This document shows, in pieces, positions 1 to 8,005 of a DNA stretch of 64,000 nt. Where the stretch lies: positions 124,018 through 188,017 of the IMG/VR virus record IMGVR_UViG_3300032315_001401. One strand, given 5' to 3'. The DNA comes from a virus. Every line of letters begins with the position of its first letter. The first letter of the stretch is position 1. Below the pieces are notes generated by a model. That model was not told the origin of the DNA and did no database searches. It saw only the letters and a program-made list of their open reading frames with translations. The translations under genes were made by a program, and so were the position numbers.

Positions 1-107
1 AGAATTCGATTGACAGGTCCTCCATAACTTCGAAATATTCTTCCTCTGTGAGTGAGGAATAAATTTTTCTTCCTTTACAAAGAATATTGTAAGATTCGTT
101 AGTCATC

Positions 108-866
108 TCAAATGATTCTTGTTTTTTCGTGCCCAACGCGAATGCGAGGATCGCACCAAATTTCAAATCCCGATTCCTTTGCATCCAAACAGAATGATAC
201 ATCTTCTCCACACATGTCCTGAACCTCACCAGATTCAAATACTTGCATTTTGGGTGCAAACCATGGATACTTCATTTCGGAGTGCTCAAAGACACCATGC
301 TTAATCAGCAACCAACCAAAACCTGCATAATCTACAGTGAATGGTTTACGACGCTTTGAGATGCTTTCAACGGTTTCGTGATTCATCACACCACCATTAT
401 TTCTGAAGTCATCTTCTTCCATCCAATGAGCAACCGAAGTCGTGTGCCCATCTTCTGTTGCATACCAACCAGAAGCAATGTCTCTGTCCATCAGAACCAA
501 TTGCCAAAACTTTTCAGTGTTGAAAACAATGTCAGAGTCAATCCAGAGTTGCCAATCATATTTCAGTTTACCATCCCAAGGAATTTGGTCTGGTCCACGA
601 AGAACATTTGCCCCAAGACACTTGCAACGTGCAAAGTTGACCATTGAGGAATAGTCTTGTGAGATTTGAATACTTGCGCCGCTTTGCACCAAATCAAAAC
701 AGAGTTGTACAAAGTTTTTCAGATAGGTATATGAAACACCTCTACCTGGAAGACAAAAGACAATCGACTTGCCTTTCACCATTTCTCTTGCAAGATTATA
801 GTCCCATTCCTCTGTTGGTTTTTGAGTAGCGGGCGATTTTGCTTTTACCGTAAATCCTTTAGCCAT
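108..866 (-). CDS. Glycosyltransferase (GT-A/family-2-like), conserved cyanomyovirus gene
   Basis: DxD motif in WIDSDIVF; C-terminal GFGWLLIK...GEDVSFC...VGHEK pattern typical of GT2-like phage proteins. Confidence 0.75.
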   Translation of the reverse strand: MAKGFTVKAKSPATQKPTEEWDYNLAREMVKGKSIVFCLPGRGVSYTYLKNFVQLCFDLVQSGASIQISQDYSSMVNFARCKCLGANVLRGPDQIPWDGKLKYDWQLWIDSDIVFNTEKFWQLVLMDRDIASGWYATEDGHTTSVAHWMEEDDFRNNGGVMNHETVESISKRRKPFTVDYAGFGWLLIKHGVFEHSEMKYPWFAPKMQVFESGEVQDMCGEDVSFCLDAKESGFEIWCDPRIRVGHEKTRII

Positions 867-913
867 AATAGAAAGCAGTTACTTCAGTATCATACAACAT
901 TATCTATAAGAAG

Positions 914-1084
914 TCAATCTGCCTCTGAGAGAATGACTTCAGATCCATCCATAGTAAAGCATATCTTAGTATCTTCATACCAAGAAAGTTCATTCATAAT
1001 TTGCTCTGGAATTTTGATGAAGTAGTCTCCACTAATTGGATCAACCTCTATGGGCTCAAAAATATTCCCGGAATTTTTTTTCAT
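914..1084 (-). CDS. AbrB/SpoVT/MazE-like small DNA-binding protein
   Basis: Start refined to MKKNSG; YFIKIPEQIMNELSWYEDTKICF...VIL matches swapped-hairpin pattern. Confidence 0.65.
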   Translation of the reverse strand: MKKNSGNIFEPIEVDPISGDYFIKIPEQIMNELSWYEDTKICFTMDGSEVILSEAD

Positions 1085-1305
1085 TTCTATAAAACCTTTT
1101 TTCGTTTTTATATAGGGAAAAAAATTTTTATAATGAGAGTAATAATTAGCTCGCTTCCGTAACACTTTGTAGGTTACAGGGACCCATCGATTTTATATAC
1201 GGGGGGGTTATCTTATAACGCGCCGCCGGCGGGGGCGGGCACAATACCCGGACCCCTGCCAAACACGAACGAATGGCACTGCCCCTCACGAACAACGCAA
1301 GGGGG

Positions 1306-1596
1306 TCAGGCACCCCGACGCTCCAGAGCAGCAGCGCGGCGATCGTTGCGGTACTGATCACGGGCACGGATCATCACTGCCTCAAGGTCAGCAACCATCA
1401 CGCTGCCCAACCCTGTGACGCGGGTGATGGTCAGACCCTTACCCGAACCAACGGCGTGGGACGAACCACCGGCAGGCAGATCAGAATCACGAACGGAACC
1501 AATAGCAGCACCCCGCCCGTGTTGAGAGTTACGGCTGAGGGTCTCGCCCTTACGGGGACCGCGACGGGGCAGGCGGGTGACGGTGTAAACAGTCAT
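1306..1596 (-). CDS. Hypothetical early protein (Arg/Gly-rich)
   Basis: ATG at 1596 (MTVYTV) just downstream of extended -10 at 1623-1628. Confidence 0.55.
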   Translation of the reverse strand: MTVYTVTRLPRRGPRKGETLSRNSQHGRGAAIGSVRDSDLPAGGSSHAVGSGKGLTITRVTGLGSVMVADLEAVMIRARDQYRNDRRAAALERRGA

Positions 1597-1645
1597 CGGT
1601 TCAGGGGGTGTCGGTTGAGAGTATTGTAGCAGGTCGGCGGAGGGG

Positions 1646-1858
1646 TCACCCCCATTGAGTGCTGCGCCACCCGCTGATGGGGCAGGGGGCAACGTCACCA
1701 GCAAGGGTCTCTGAATACTGGGCGGCGAGGGCAGCGGCAGGCACCCCCCAATGAATGTAGGCGGAGGGGCGGGAACCGTTCTTCAGTTGGTCAGCACGGG
1801 AGATCCACTTGACCTGACGGGTCGCGAGGTCAGAGCAGGCAGCAAGGGGGAAACGCAT
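1646..1858 (-). CDS. Hypothetical early protein
   Basis: ORF directly downstream of -10 at 1886-1891. Confidence 0.55.
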   Translation of the reverse strand: MRFPLAACSDLATRQVKWISRADQLKNGSRPSAYIHWGVPAAALAAQYSETLAGDVAPCPISGWRSTQWG

Positions 1859-1911
1859 CGGGTGTCGGTTGCGGTTGACTTTGAAATTCTACAGGGTCAG
1901 GTGGGCAGGGG

Positions 1912-2100
1912 TCAATACCCCAACCAGACCAAAAACTCACCGGCATCTACAGGTCCGAATTTGGCGGTCGTCCCGTAGTCGGTGCGGAAGTCATCCCAGA
2001 GGGAATGGTCCTTTGCTGCCTGGCAGGCGGTGCTCCAACGAATGCACCCGTTATCATCGGCGCAGTTCAGGAGCAGGGCAGGGAAGGTGGCGAAGGTCAT
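1912..2100 (-). CDS. Hypothetical early protein
   Basis: ORF directly downstream of -10 at 2127-2132. Confidence 0.65.
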   Translation of the reverse strand: MTFATFPALLLNCADDNGCIRWSTACQAAKDHSLWDDFRTDYGTTAKFGPVDAGEFLVWLGY

Positions 2101-2148
2101 CGGTCGGTGTCGGTTGACTTGAGAGTATTGTAGCAGGTCGGGAGGGGG

Positions 2149-2340
2149 TCAACCCTCCCACTCATCCTCTGGGGTCAGCACACAGACCAACGATTCCAGA
2201 TGGCAGCAGTAGCTGTAGTCCTTCCCATGATGGCGGACCTTCCACACTGGGGCACCAGGCAGGTTGGCAGTGTGGGGACTCATTTCAATTCGCTCCACAC
2301 CGTAGGGGGCAAGCATGACCATCGCTTCGGAGATGAGCAT
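2149..2340 (-). CDS. Hypothetical early protein
   Basis: ORF directly downstream of -10 at 2369-2374. Confidence 0.6.
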   Translation of the reverse strand: MLISEAMVMLAPYGVERIEMSPHTANLPGAPVWKVRHHGKDYSYCCHLESLVCVLTPEDEWEG

Positions 2341-2387
2341 CGGAGGGGGGGTTGGTTGACTTGAGAGTATTGTAGCAGGTCAGGGGG

Positions 2388-2549
2388 TCACTGCCCGTCT
2401 GTGTAGTCTCCGATGATGACCCCGTTGCAGCGGACCTGGGCGTACCCGTACTCCTCAGACAGGGAGAGGCAGAGGTCCCATGCGCGGTCCTCATCGGTGG
2501 TCGTGTTCTCCCAGGGAGCGGAAGGGCAGATAACGTCGTAGCGGGTCAT
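2388..2549 (-). CDS. Hypothetical early protein
   Basis: Start refined to MTRYDV because upstream ATG abuts the -10 at 2574-2579. Confidence 0.6.
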   Translation of the reverse strand: MTRYDVICPSAPWENTTTDEDRAWDLCLSLSEEYGYAQVRCNGVIIGDYTDGQ

Positions 2550-2618
2550 GAGGTCGTTTGCTTTGGTTCCCATAGTGTAAACCCCCCACCCGCGTCAGCA
2601 GGCAGGGGGTGTGCGGTT

Positions 2619-2759
2619 TCAGAATTGGACCTCCTGCAGGGTCGGGGCGTCAGCAGGCGCAGCATCCCCAGATTCAGCGGTCAGGGTCTCCAGAATCTGC
2701 AGCAGTTCGGCGCCATTAGCAGCGCGATTCAGCAGGGCAACGGCAAGGTCAGCGGTCAT
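2619..2759 (-). CDS. Hypothetical early protein
   Basis: Start refined to MTADLA; downstream of -10 at 2815-2820. Confidence 0.55.
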   Translation of the reverse strand: MTADLAVALLNRAANGAELLQILETLTAESGDAAPADAPTLQEVQF

Positions 2760-2825
2760 GGTTGAAATAGGGTTGAGGTTTGCTGGGCGTCTTTCAGGGC
2801 GCACCCGCTCCCGTATTGTATCAGG

Positions 2826-2987
2826 TCAGCGGGCGAACTGTGCCAGACTGCTGGGAGCGACGTGAGCAGGCGACCCGCAGGACCGGTAGAAGTCTACCAT
2901 GCTCTGTGCTTCCTCCAGGGTGGGGAACCACTGGGAGCGCCACTCGCAAGCGTTGTAGGGGGTCTGGTAGCGGACTTCGATTCGCAT
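2826..2987 (-). CDS. Hypothetical early protein
   Basis: Start refined to MRIEVRYQ; downstream of -10 at 3011-3016. Confidence 0.65.
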   Translation of the reverse strand: MRIEVRYQTPYNACEWRSQWFPTLEEAQSMVDFYRSCGSPAHVAPSSLAQFAR

Positions 2988-3054
2988 GGGGTTGGTTGCG
3001 TTGTGAGAGAATTCTAGCAGATCAGGGGCAGGGGTCAACCTGCCCCGTAGGGGG

Positions 3055-3234
3055 TCAGCGGATCACCTTGACCACTTCGCCCTTGTGGCGAATCACGATG
3101 GAGGTGAAGGAGGGGTGGAACCCCTTGGCGCTGCGAACGGCACCTGCCAGGGAGGTGCAGTGGGTCATGCAGGATGCTGCATCGGGGGTGGAAGCAGCAA
3201 CAACGGTGAAGTCGCGGGTCTTGGTGGTTGCCAT
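3055..3234 (-). CDS. Hypothetical early protein (59 aa, below ORF-track cutoff)
   Basis: Hand-translated MATTKTRDFTVVAASTP...EVVKVIR; downstream of -10 at 3259-3264. Confidence 0.55.
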   Translation of the reverse strand: MATTKTRDFTVVAASTPDAASCMTHCTSLAGAVRSAKGFHPSFTSIVIRHKGEVVKVIR

Positions 3235-3300
3235 GGGGTGGGGTTGTGAACTGAGAGAATTCTAGCAGGTCAGGGGGTCGGGTGTGACCCCCCAGCGGGT

Positions 3301-3561
3301 TTAGAAGTCGAACACGTCGCCGTTGATTTCAGCGCGGTTGACTTTAGGGTCGTCCCACTTCACACCGTCCGGGGTCTCTTTGGTGCCAAATTGATAGAAT
3401 GCCTCCAGCAGTTCTTCATAGCAGCAGACATCATTTTCCTGAATGAAGTTATGAATGCTCTCATCATTCTCAATCCAGAGCACAACATTCCAGGTCTCAT
3501 AATTGGTCCAACCGTTGTAGGTTTGGTCGGTGAGGCAGGTCTGGTAGGTAGTGGCAGGCAT
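3301..3561 (-). CDS. Conserved phage hypothetical protein (YNGWTNYETW family)
   Basis: YNGWTNYETWNVVLWIEND motif, widespread in phage early regions; downstream of dyad promoter. Confidence 0.7.
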   Translation of the reverse strand: MPATTYQTCLTDQTYNGWTNYETWNVVLWIENDESIHNFIQENDVCCYEELLEAFYQFGTKETPDGVKWDDPKVNRAEINGDVFDF

Positions 3562-3634
3562 TGGTTTGTCTGTGGTTGACTTGTTAATTGTAAGGGGTCA
3601 GGTGGGGGGTTGGTGCCCCCCTTGTGCCAGTTCG

Positions 3635-3820
3635 TCAGGCGGCACACAGGGCAGAGTCCATGCAGACCTCGCGGGTCTCCACCAGCACGTAGTCTACTGC
3701 AATCTGCTGCTCCAGCTCATGAGCGTAGGCGTCAGCAGCAGAGCGGCAATCGAACAGGCGAAGGGTGCTAAAGTCCTGCCCTTCATAGTCGGCACCAGCG
3801 ATGACAGCGTAGACTTGCAT
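3635..3820 (-). CDS. Hypothetical early protein
   Basis: ORF downstream of dyad promoter (-10 at 3848-3853). Confidence 0.7.
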   Translation of the reverse strand: MQVYAVIAGADYEGQDFSTLRLFDCRSAADAYAHELEQQIAVDYVLVETREVCMDSALCAA

Positions 3821-3896
3821 GGGTTGCTCCGTTTGGTTGACTTGTTAATTGTAAAGGGTCAGGGTGGGGTCTGTGGGGTGGTAGTGTGCCACCTTA

Positions 3897-4793
3897 TCAA
3901 CTGGCACACTGGAAGCGCCCGCTGTTGAAATTATGGTATGAAAAGACCTCACGGTTCACCAGTTTGAACATACCAAACTCATTGGTCATGACATAACCTT
4001 CAGCATCAATCCTCTCCTGCCCGATGTAAGCGGCAGGACCATCATTGCGGCACAGATAGAGACAATCATCTTTGATCGACTTTACCAGTGCCCACAATCC
4101 AAGCAGGTTAGGATCGCAGTCGAATTCAGTATTCACAACAGGACGATTCTCACGAATGCAGGCATTCAGTTGTTGCTTGATCTTTGCTGCCTCTTTATCA
4201 GTCACAAACTTCACCGCAAGTGCCATCACCCGTGCAAACTTGCAGACCTCTTCAACATCAGCGAACGATTCTTGCCCGTGCTGGATGTATGCTTGCGGTT
4301 TCACAAATTTGCAGTAGTGTGTATCAGTGATGATAAAGTTCATCGGGTGAGCAACAGCATCACGCAAATCATTCTCTGCCACGTAGACAGTGTGAGGGGC
4401 AACAATAATCTCCTGATAGACTACTTCAGGAAACTTGTAAGTGATCGTGTTGGGAGTATACTCATCGCTATCACCAAACCCAATAAAATCACCTTGAATG
4501 ATACCATTTGTGCGAGGAAGATAATCAAAGCAAGCGTGAAGAATACGCGCAACTTCACCCTGATAGAATGCATCAATCTCTTCATGATTGTGAGCGATAC
4601 GAATCTTTTTCTTGTTAAAGACCGCTTTGGTTCCTACAAAGAACTCACCGCAGGCAGGGTCAATACCCCAGACAATTGCAGGGGCACCATCAATCTTAAC
4701 GCTCAAGTTACCAGGATTGACGAACCAATCCAGAACAGAAAGGTCACCCGTGAGGATAGAATCTTCGGGGTGCTCAAGGTGGGTGTTTTTCAT
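3897..4793 (-). CDS. DUF6267-like protein, possible ligase/nucleotidyltransferase fold
   Basis: THLEHPED N-terminus and SVKIDGAPAIVWG (KxDG motif I-like); own dyad promoter (4800-4859). Confidence 0.6.
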   Translation of the reverse strand: MKNTHLEHPEDSILTGDLSVLDWFVNPGNLSVKIDGAPAIVWGIDPACGEFFVGTKAVFNKKKIRIAHNHEEIDAFYQGEVARILHACFDYLPRTNGIIQGDFIGFGDSDEYTPNTITYKFPEVVYQEIIVAPHTVYVAENDLRDAVAHPMNFIITDTHYCKFVKPQAYIQHGQESFADVEEVCKFARVMALAVKFVTDKEAAKIKQQLNACIRENRPVVNTEFDCDPNLLGLWALVKSIKDDCLYLCRNDGPAAYIGQERIDAEGYVMTNEFGMFKLVNREVFSYHNFNSGRFQCAS

Positions 4794-4846
4794 GAGACTA
4801 TTGTAAGGGGTCCTGTGGGGGTCTGGGGTGGGTCTTGTGCCAGTTG

Positions 4847-5056
4847 TCAGGGTGTCACAGACTCTTTAAGTTGCTCCGCAGGATAGTTAAAAAGTTTATT
4901 AATCCTTTCAACTTCACTCTCAAAAAACTCCATTGCTTCCAAAGGTTCAATGTCATACTTGTCAGCAAGTCTATCAAGTTTCCACCGCAGATTATTCATC
5001 TCCCAAAGTTGGGTGAGAATGAACAAACGAACTTCGTGCTTTTGTGTGTTTTTCAT
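4847..5056 (-). CDS. Hypothetical protein
   Basis: ORF track; co-oriented with neighbours. Confidence 0.55.
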   Translation of the reverse strand: MKNTQKHEVRLFILTQLWEMNNLRWKLDRLADKYDIEPLEAMEFFESEVERINKLFNYPAEQLKESVTP

Positions 5057-5113
5057 TTCAAATGAGGTGCAATTTGTGTTTGAAGTTAGGGAGGCATTGT
5101 GCCCCCCGATTCT

Positions 5114-5461
5114 TTATGTGAACATGAAACCATTCACAAACTCACTCTCATTGTAGACAGGAGAAGTTCCTGCCTGCCCAATGAACTTGTGAACGAACCA
5201 ATCGAAGTTCCGTTGCAACACACATTCGCCCTTGATTCCGTGCTCTTTGAGAATCGCATTCAAACGCGATTTGGTGGTTGCAGACTGATAACCACCATCA
5301 AAGATTTGCACGAAGTTGTCACCAATGGTAGCAATGTGATTGCCGAACAGAAACACTTTGGACTCTTGAGTTTCAGCGTCAAAGGTGACTTCAGTGTTGC
5401 CAGACTTCCAGTTCAGGGAGTCACGAATGGCAGCATTCATCTGGGTTTCGATCTTGCGCAT
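5114..5461 (-). CDS. Conserved phage hypothetical protein
   Basis: VFLFGNHIA...DGGYQSATTKSRLNAIL pattern; dyad promoter at 5488-5547. Confidence 0.7.
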   Translation of the reverse strand: MRKIETQMNAAIRDSLNWKSGNTEVTFDAETQESKVFLFGNHIATIGDNFVQIFDGGYQSATTKSRLNAILKEHGIKGECVLQRNFDWFVHKFIGQAGTSPVYNESEFVNGFMFT

Positions 5462-5542
5462 TTGGGGGTTTCCCTCTCAACAAAGGTAGTATGGACCAGA
5501 TTGGGGGGAATCGCAACCCCCCTTGTGCCACTTTCCCAGGTG

Positions 5543-5785
5543 TCACAATCCCAATAGGTATTGAGCATACTCTACAGCATCTTCACGCTTTTTGAATCTT
5601 GCCGGAAATCCACTGTAACGAAGTTGACGATACTTAAACTTTCGTTCAGAATTTACAATAACATCGTTAGAATAGATCCAAAGTTCCCAACGACCTTGAG
5701 AATCATCTTTGTTGATTTTTTTATTTTTATTGGTGATGTAGGGTCTTTGGATGTGCCCTTTTTTGGTGGTTTGGTTGACGATCAT
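5543..5785 (-). CDS. Hypothetical early protein
   Basis: ORF downstream of dyad promoter at 5813-5871. Confidence 0.55.
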   Translation of the reverse strand: MIVNQTTKKGHIQRPYITNKNKKINKDDSQGRWELWIYSNDVIVNSERKFKYRQLRYSGFPARFKKREDAVEYAQYLLGL

Positions 5786-5858
5786 GAGATGCAGTGTCTC
5801 AAGGACGAATGTAATTTATCAGGCTCGGGGGGAATCGCAACCCCCCTTGTGCCAGTTC

Positions 5859-6044
5859 CTAGACTGTCACATCCTCCAGCAGTTCGGGATAGTATTCACG
5901 AACCTCTGTAATCAGTTCGTCTTCATTGTATTTGTCGTAATTTTCCATCAGATAATCATAACAAAGACCCACCAAAGTTTCCATGTCCATGCCATCAATA
6001 ATTTGCTGGACCAGGTGATTTTGAAGTTCAGAACGGTTCATCAA
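5859..6044 (-). CDS. Acidic hypothetical protein
   Basis: ORF track; D/E-rich. Confidence 0.6.
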   Translation of the reverse strand: MMNRSELQNHLVQQIIDGMDMETLVGLCYDYLMENYDKYNEDELITEVREYYPELLEDVTV

Positions 6045-6760
6045 TTGTCTCCAAAGTTGTTAGAAAGAAAGTCTTCAAGTTCAGTGAGTTTGCTCTCACT
6101 CATGTTCCAAATATATTCACTGATAACAGTATCCAAAAGGTCAGCATCTTCACGACACTTCTCTTTCAAAAACCACTCAAGTTCGGTTCGGTTAGTCATC
6201 TAAACAGTGGCGGTAGGTTTGATTCAGGCGAATGAGAATGTCATCCCAGAACTCTTTGTCCTCATCATCATTGTATTGGTTGTTATCTTCAACCAAACGA
6301 ATCAGATTGTTGAGGTCATCAGGGGTGAGATAGTTCATTCAGCACCCTCCAACATTTCGAGCAGAGTATCATAAAGCACGGCAACATCTGTGCCCACAAT
6401 CTCATTCAGTTCTGCTTCAGATTCATCATCGGCAAACGATTCAGTGTGAAACTCAATGAACCTACGAAGAGCATCAATCTGCTCAAAGGTGAGGGTAGTT
6501 TGAGTCATTTACGAAGAGGAGAATTGTAGTAACGACGAAAAGCAGTGAGAAGAATAATGCCCGTTGAAACAACACCAACCAAACCAAGGAAGGTGACAGC
6601 ATCTCCAGTGAAAGTGTAAGTGTCAGGATTCATTTCAGTAATCATAATTTGCGTTCAGGTATTCATTGACATCGAACTTCTCATCACGAAGTTCGGGAAT
6701 GTCAAGGTCGAAGATCTCCCCGGGAGCATCTTGAATCTCACTCCAGAGTTCATCAAACAT
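6041..6760 (-). CDS. Five translationally coupled micro-ORFs (6041-6199, 6192-6338, 6335-6508, 6505-6645, 6635-6760)
   Basis: Hand-translated 41-57 aa ORFs with ATGA-type overlaps; four acidic, one with a TM segment (6505-6645); downstream of dyad promoter 6785-6844. Confidence 0.6.
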
Positions 6761-6839
6761 GGTCTGTCTCTCAGGGACGAATGTAATTTATCAGGGTTTG
6801 GTCAGGGTCGCAAGGGGTCTTGTGCCACCTTGTCAACTG

Positions 6840-7028
6840 TCACATCATATCACCCTCAGCGATCAAACCCATGATCTCCCTTGCCGTAGCAGCAAAGTTA
6901 ATGTGATCTTCCAAACCTTCTTTGGAGTATACTTCAAAGAGATCAGTTTCCCGATAAGTATCAAGAATCAACTGGCAAGCATCATAAAGTGCTGCGACGT
7001 TATGTTGACGGGTTGGGAAGGAAATCAT
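6840..7028 (-). CDS. Hypothetical early protein
   Basis: ORF downstream of dyad promoter 7051-7110. Confidence 0.6.
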   Translation of the reverse strand: MISFPTRQHNVAALYDACQLILDTYRETDLFEVYSKEGLEDHINFAATAREIMGLIAEGDMM

Positions 7029-7110
7029 CGAATTTCTCAGCGACGAATGTAAATTATCAGGAATTTACCCCCAGCGCAAGGGGGTTTGTGCCACTTCGAG
7101 AACTGTCACA

Positions 7111-7263
7111 CTAGACGAAGATATCGACCTCTTTGATGCTAACATCGACATCTTCGTCACCTTCGAGTTCTAATACTCTGCGCCAATTAATATCCTCAAG
7201 ATCTAAATCATCATAACACTCTACATCTAGAGTAACACGTACTAGGCGTTTGTGTGCTATCAT
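7111..7263 (-). CDS. Small acidic protein (50 aa)
   Basis: Hand-translated MIAHKRLVRVTLDVECYDDLDLEDINW...DIFV. Confidence 0.6.
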   Translation of the reverse strand: MIAHKRLVRVTLDVECYDDLDLEDINWRRVLELEGDEDVDVSIKEVDIFV

Positions 7264-7269
7264 GATATA

Positions 7270-7410
7270 TTATGCATAATGCCTGTATGCTAGGTCCTGA
7301 TAATCATGTGTGTCTCGTGCATAATCATCATCTAGATCTAGTGTATAATGCTCATCTAGATCCGCGTAATCGTTCGTGTATGTGTAGTCGAAATCGTAAT
7401 CGTCGTACAT
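7270..7410 (-). CDS. Asp/Tyr-rich micro-protein (46 aa)
   Basis: Start refined to MYDDYDFDY; 14 D, 1 E, 10 Y; downstream of TATAAT at 7442-7447. Confidence 0.55.
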   Translation of the reverse strand: MYDDYDFDYTYTNDYADLDEHYTLDLDDDYARDTHDYQDLAYRHYA

Positions 7411-7412
7411 AG

Positions 7413-7627
7413 CTCGTCGAGATCGTGTGAGTGACTTGTGTATTATAGCATAGAGCTCGACGAGATTGCAATAGGTATGCACATATCTCGACGAGATTCG
7501 TATGGTAGTATATATGAATCTAGATGCTTCTAGATGGGTCTCGACTAGATTATATGAGAATCTCGTAACATAATGCCTCGTCGAGATTCTATCATACTTT
7601 CATAAGAATGTCAAGTCTCGTCTAGAT
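7413..7627. repeat. Six quasi-palindromic CTCGWC(G/T)AGAT repeats
   Basis: Copies at 7413, 7456, 7487 (within ATCTCGACGAGAT 7485-7497), 7540, 7577, 7617. Confidence 0.9.
7586..7614 (-). promoter_or_regulatory. Sigma70-type promoter TTGACA-N17-TAGAAT
   Basis: -35 at 7614-7609, -10 at 7591-7586, 17-nt spacer. Confidence 0.8.
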
Positions 7628-7663
7628 TTTATGAGGGTCTGTGAATTTTTATGGGGGCGGGGG

Positions 7664-7692
7664 TTGACAAACTGCGAGTCTTATGCTACGCT
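7664..7692 (+). promoter_or_regulatory. Plus-strand sigma70-type promoter TTGACA-N17-TACGCT with TGn extension
   Basis: -35 7664-7669, TG at 7684-7685, -10 7687-7692; no downstream ORF. Confidence 0.65.
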
Positions 7693-7785
7693 CGCTTAGC
7701 TCACAAGACCTGGAGGGGTTTATAAGCATTTAAGACACAAAAACCCGGACACATTTATAAGCACTTATAAGCATTTAAGACAAAG

Positions 7786-7826
7786 TTTTCCACACAAATA
7801 CAATACTTTTCCACAGGTTTTCCACA
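7786..7826 (+). promoter_or_regulatory. Three DnaA-box-consensus 9-mers TTTTCCACA
   Basis: Exact copies at 7786-7794, 7807-7815, 7818-7826, followed by AT-rich tract about 7828-7890. Confidence 0.7.
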
Positions 7827-8005
7827 ACTAAACAAAATACACTTATATATTTTTTAATACATTTTTTTAATTAATTTAACCTTTTTTATCCTTTCTTTCT
7901 TGTGCTGCTGTCTGTGCTAAATGAATATTTGTATGAAGACGTTGTAGATTTGCATAACGATTATGCTGACGTGTGATAACAGAGTTTGCTTTAATTCTTG
8001 CAGCA

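Larger units (their letters stand above)
1623..3271 (-). promoter_or_regulatory. Eight extended -10-type early promoters, consensus GACCTGC-TA(C/G)AAT-(A/T)CTCTC
   Basis: -10 hexamers at 1623-1628, 1886-1891, 2127-2132, 2369-2374, 2574-2579 (TACACT variant), 2815-2820, 3011-3016, 3259-3264, one ahead of each small ORF; most preceded by TG-n and a GC-rich hairpin. Confidence 0.8.

Noticed and set aside
2127-2152. TTGACC as a -35 for the GC-block promoters
   Set aside because: Spacing to the -10 varies from 11 to 18 nt; the GGTCA sequences are hairpin loops or stems
2839-2862. TGTGCCA half-site near a -10 box
   Set aside because: Inside a coding region, 18-nt spacing and no second half-site; not counted in the dyad family
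7413-7627. Possible CRISPR mini-array
   Set aside because: Repeats are only 11-13 nt, spacing is irregular (31-53 nt) and no cas genes are present
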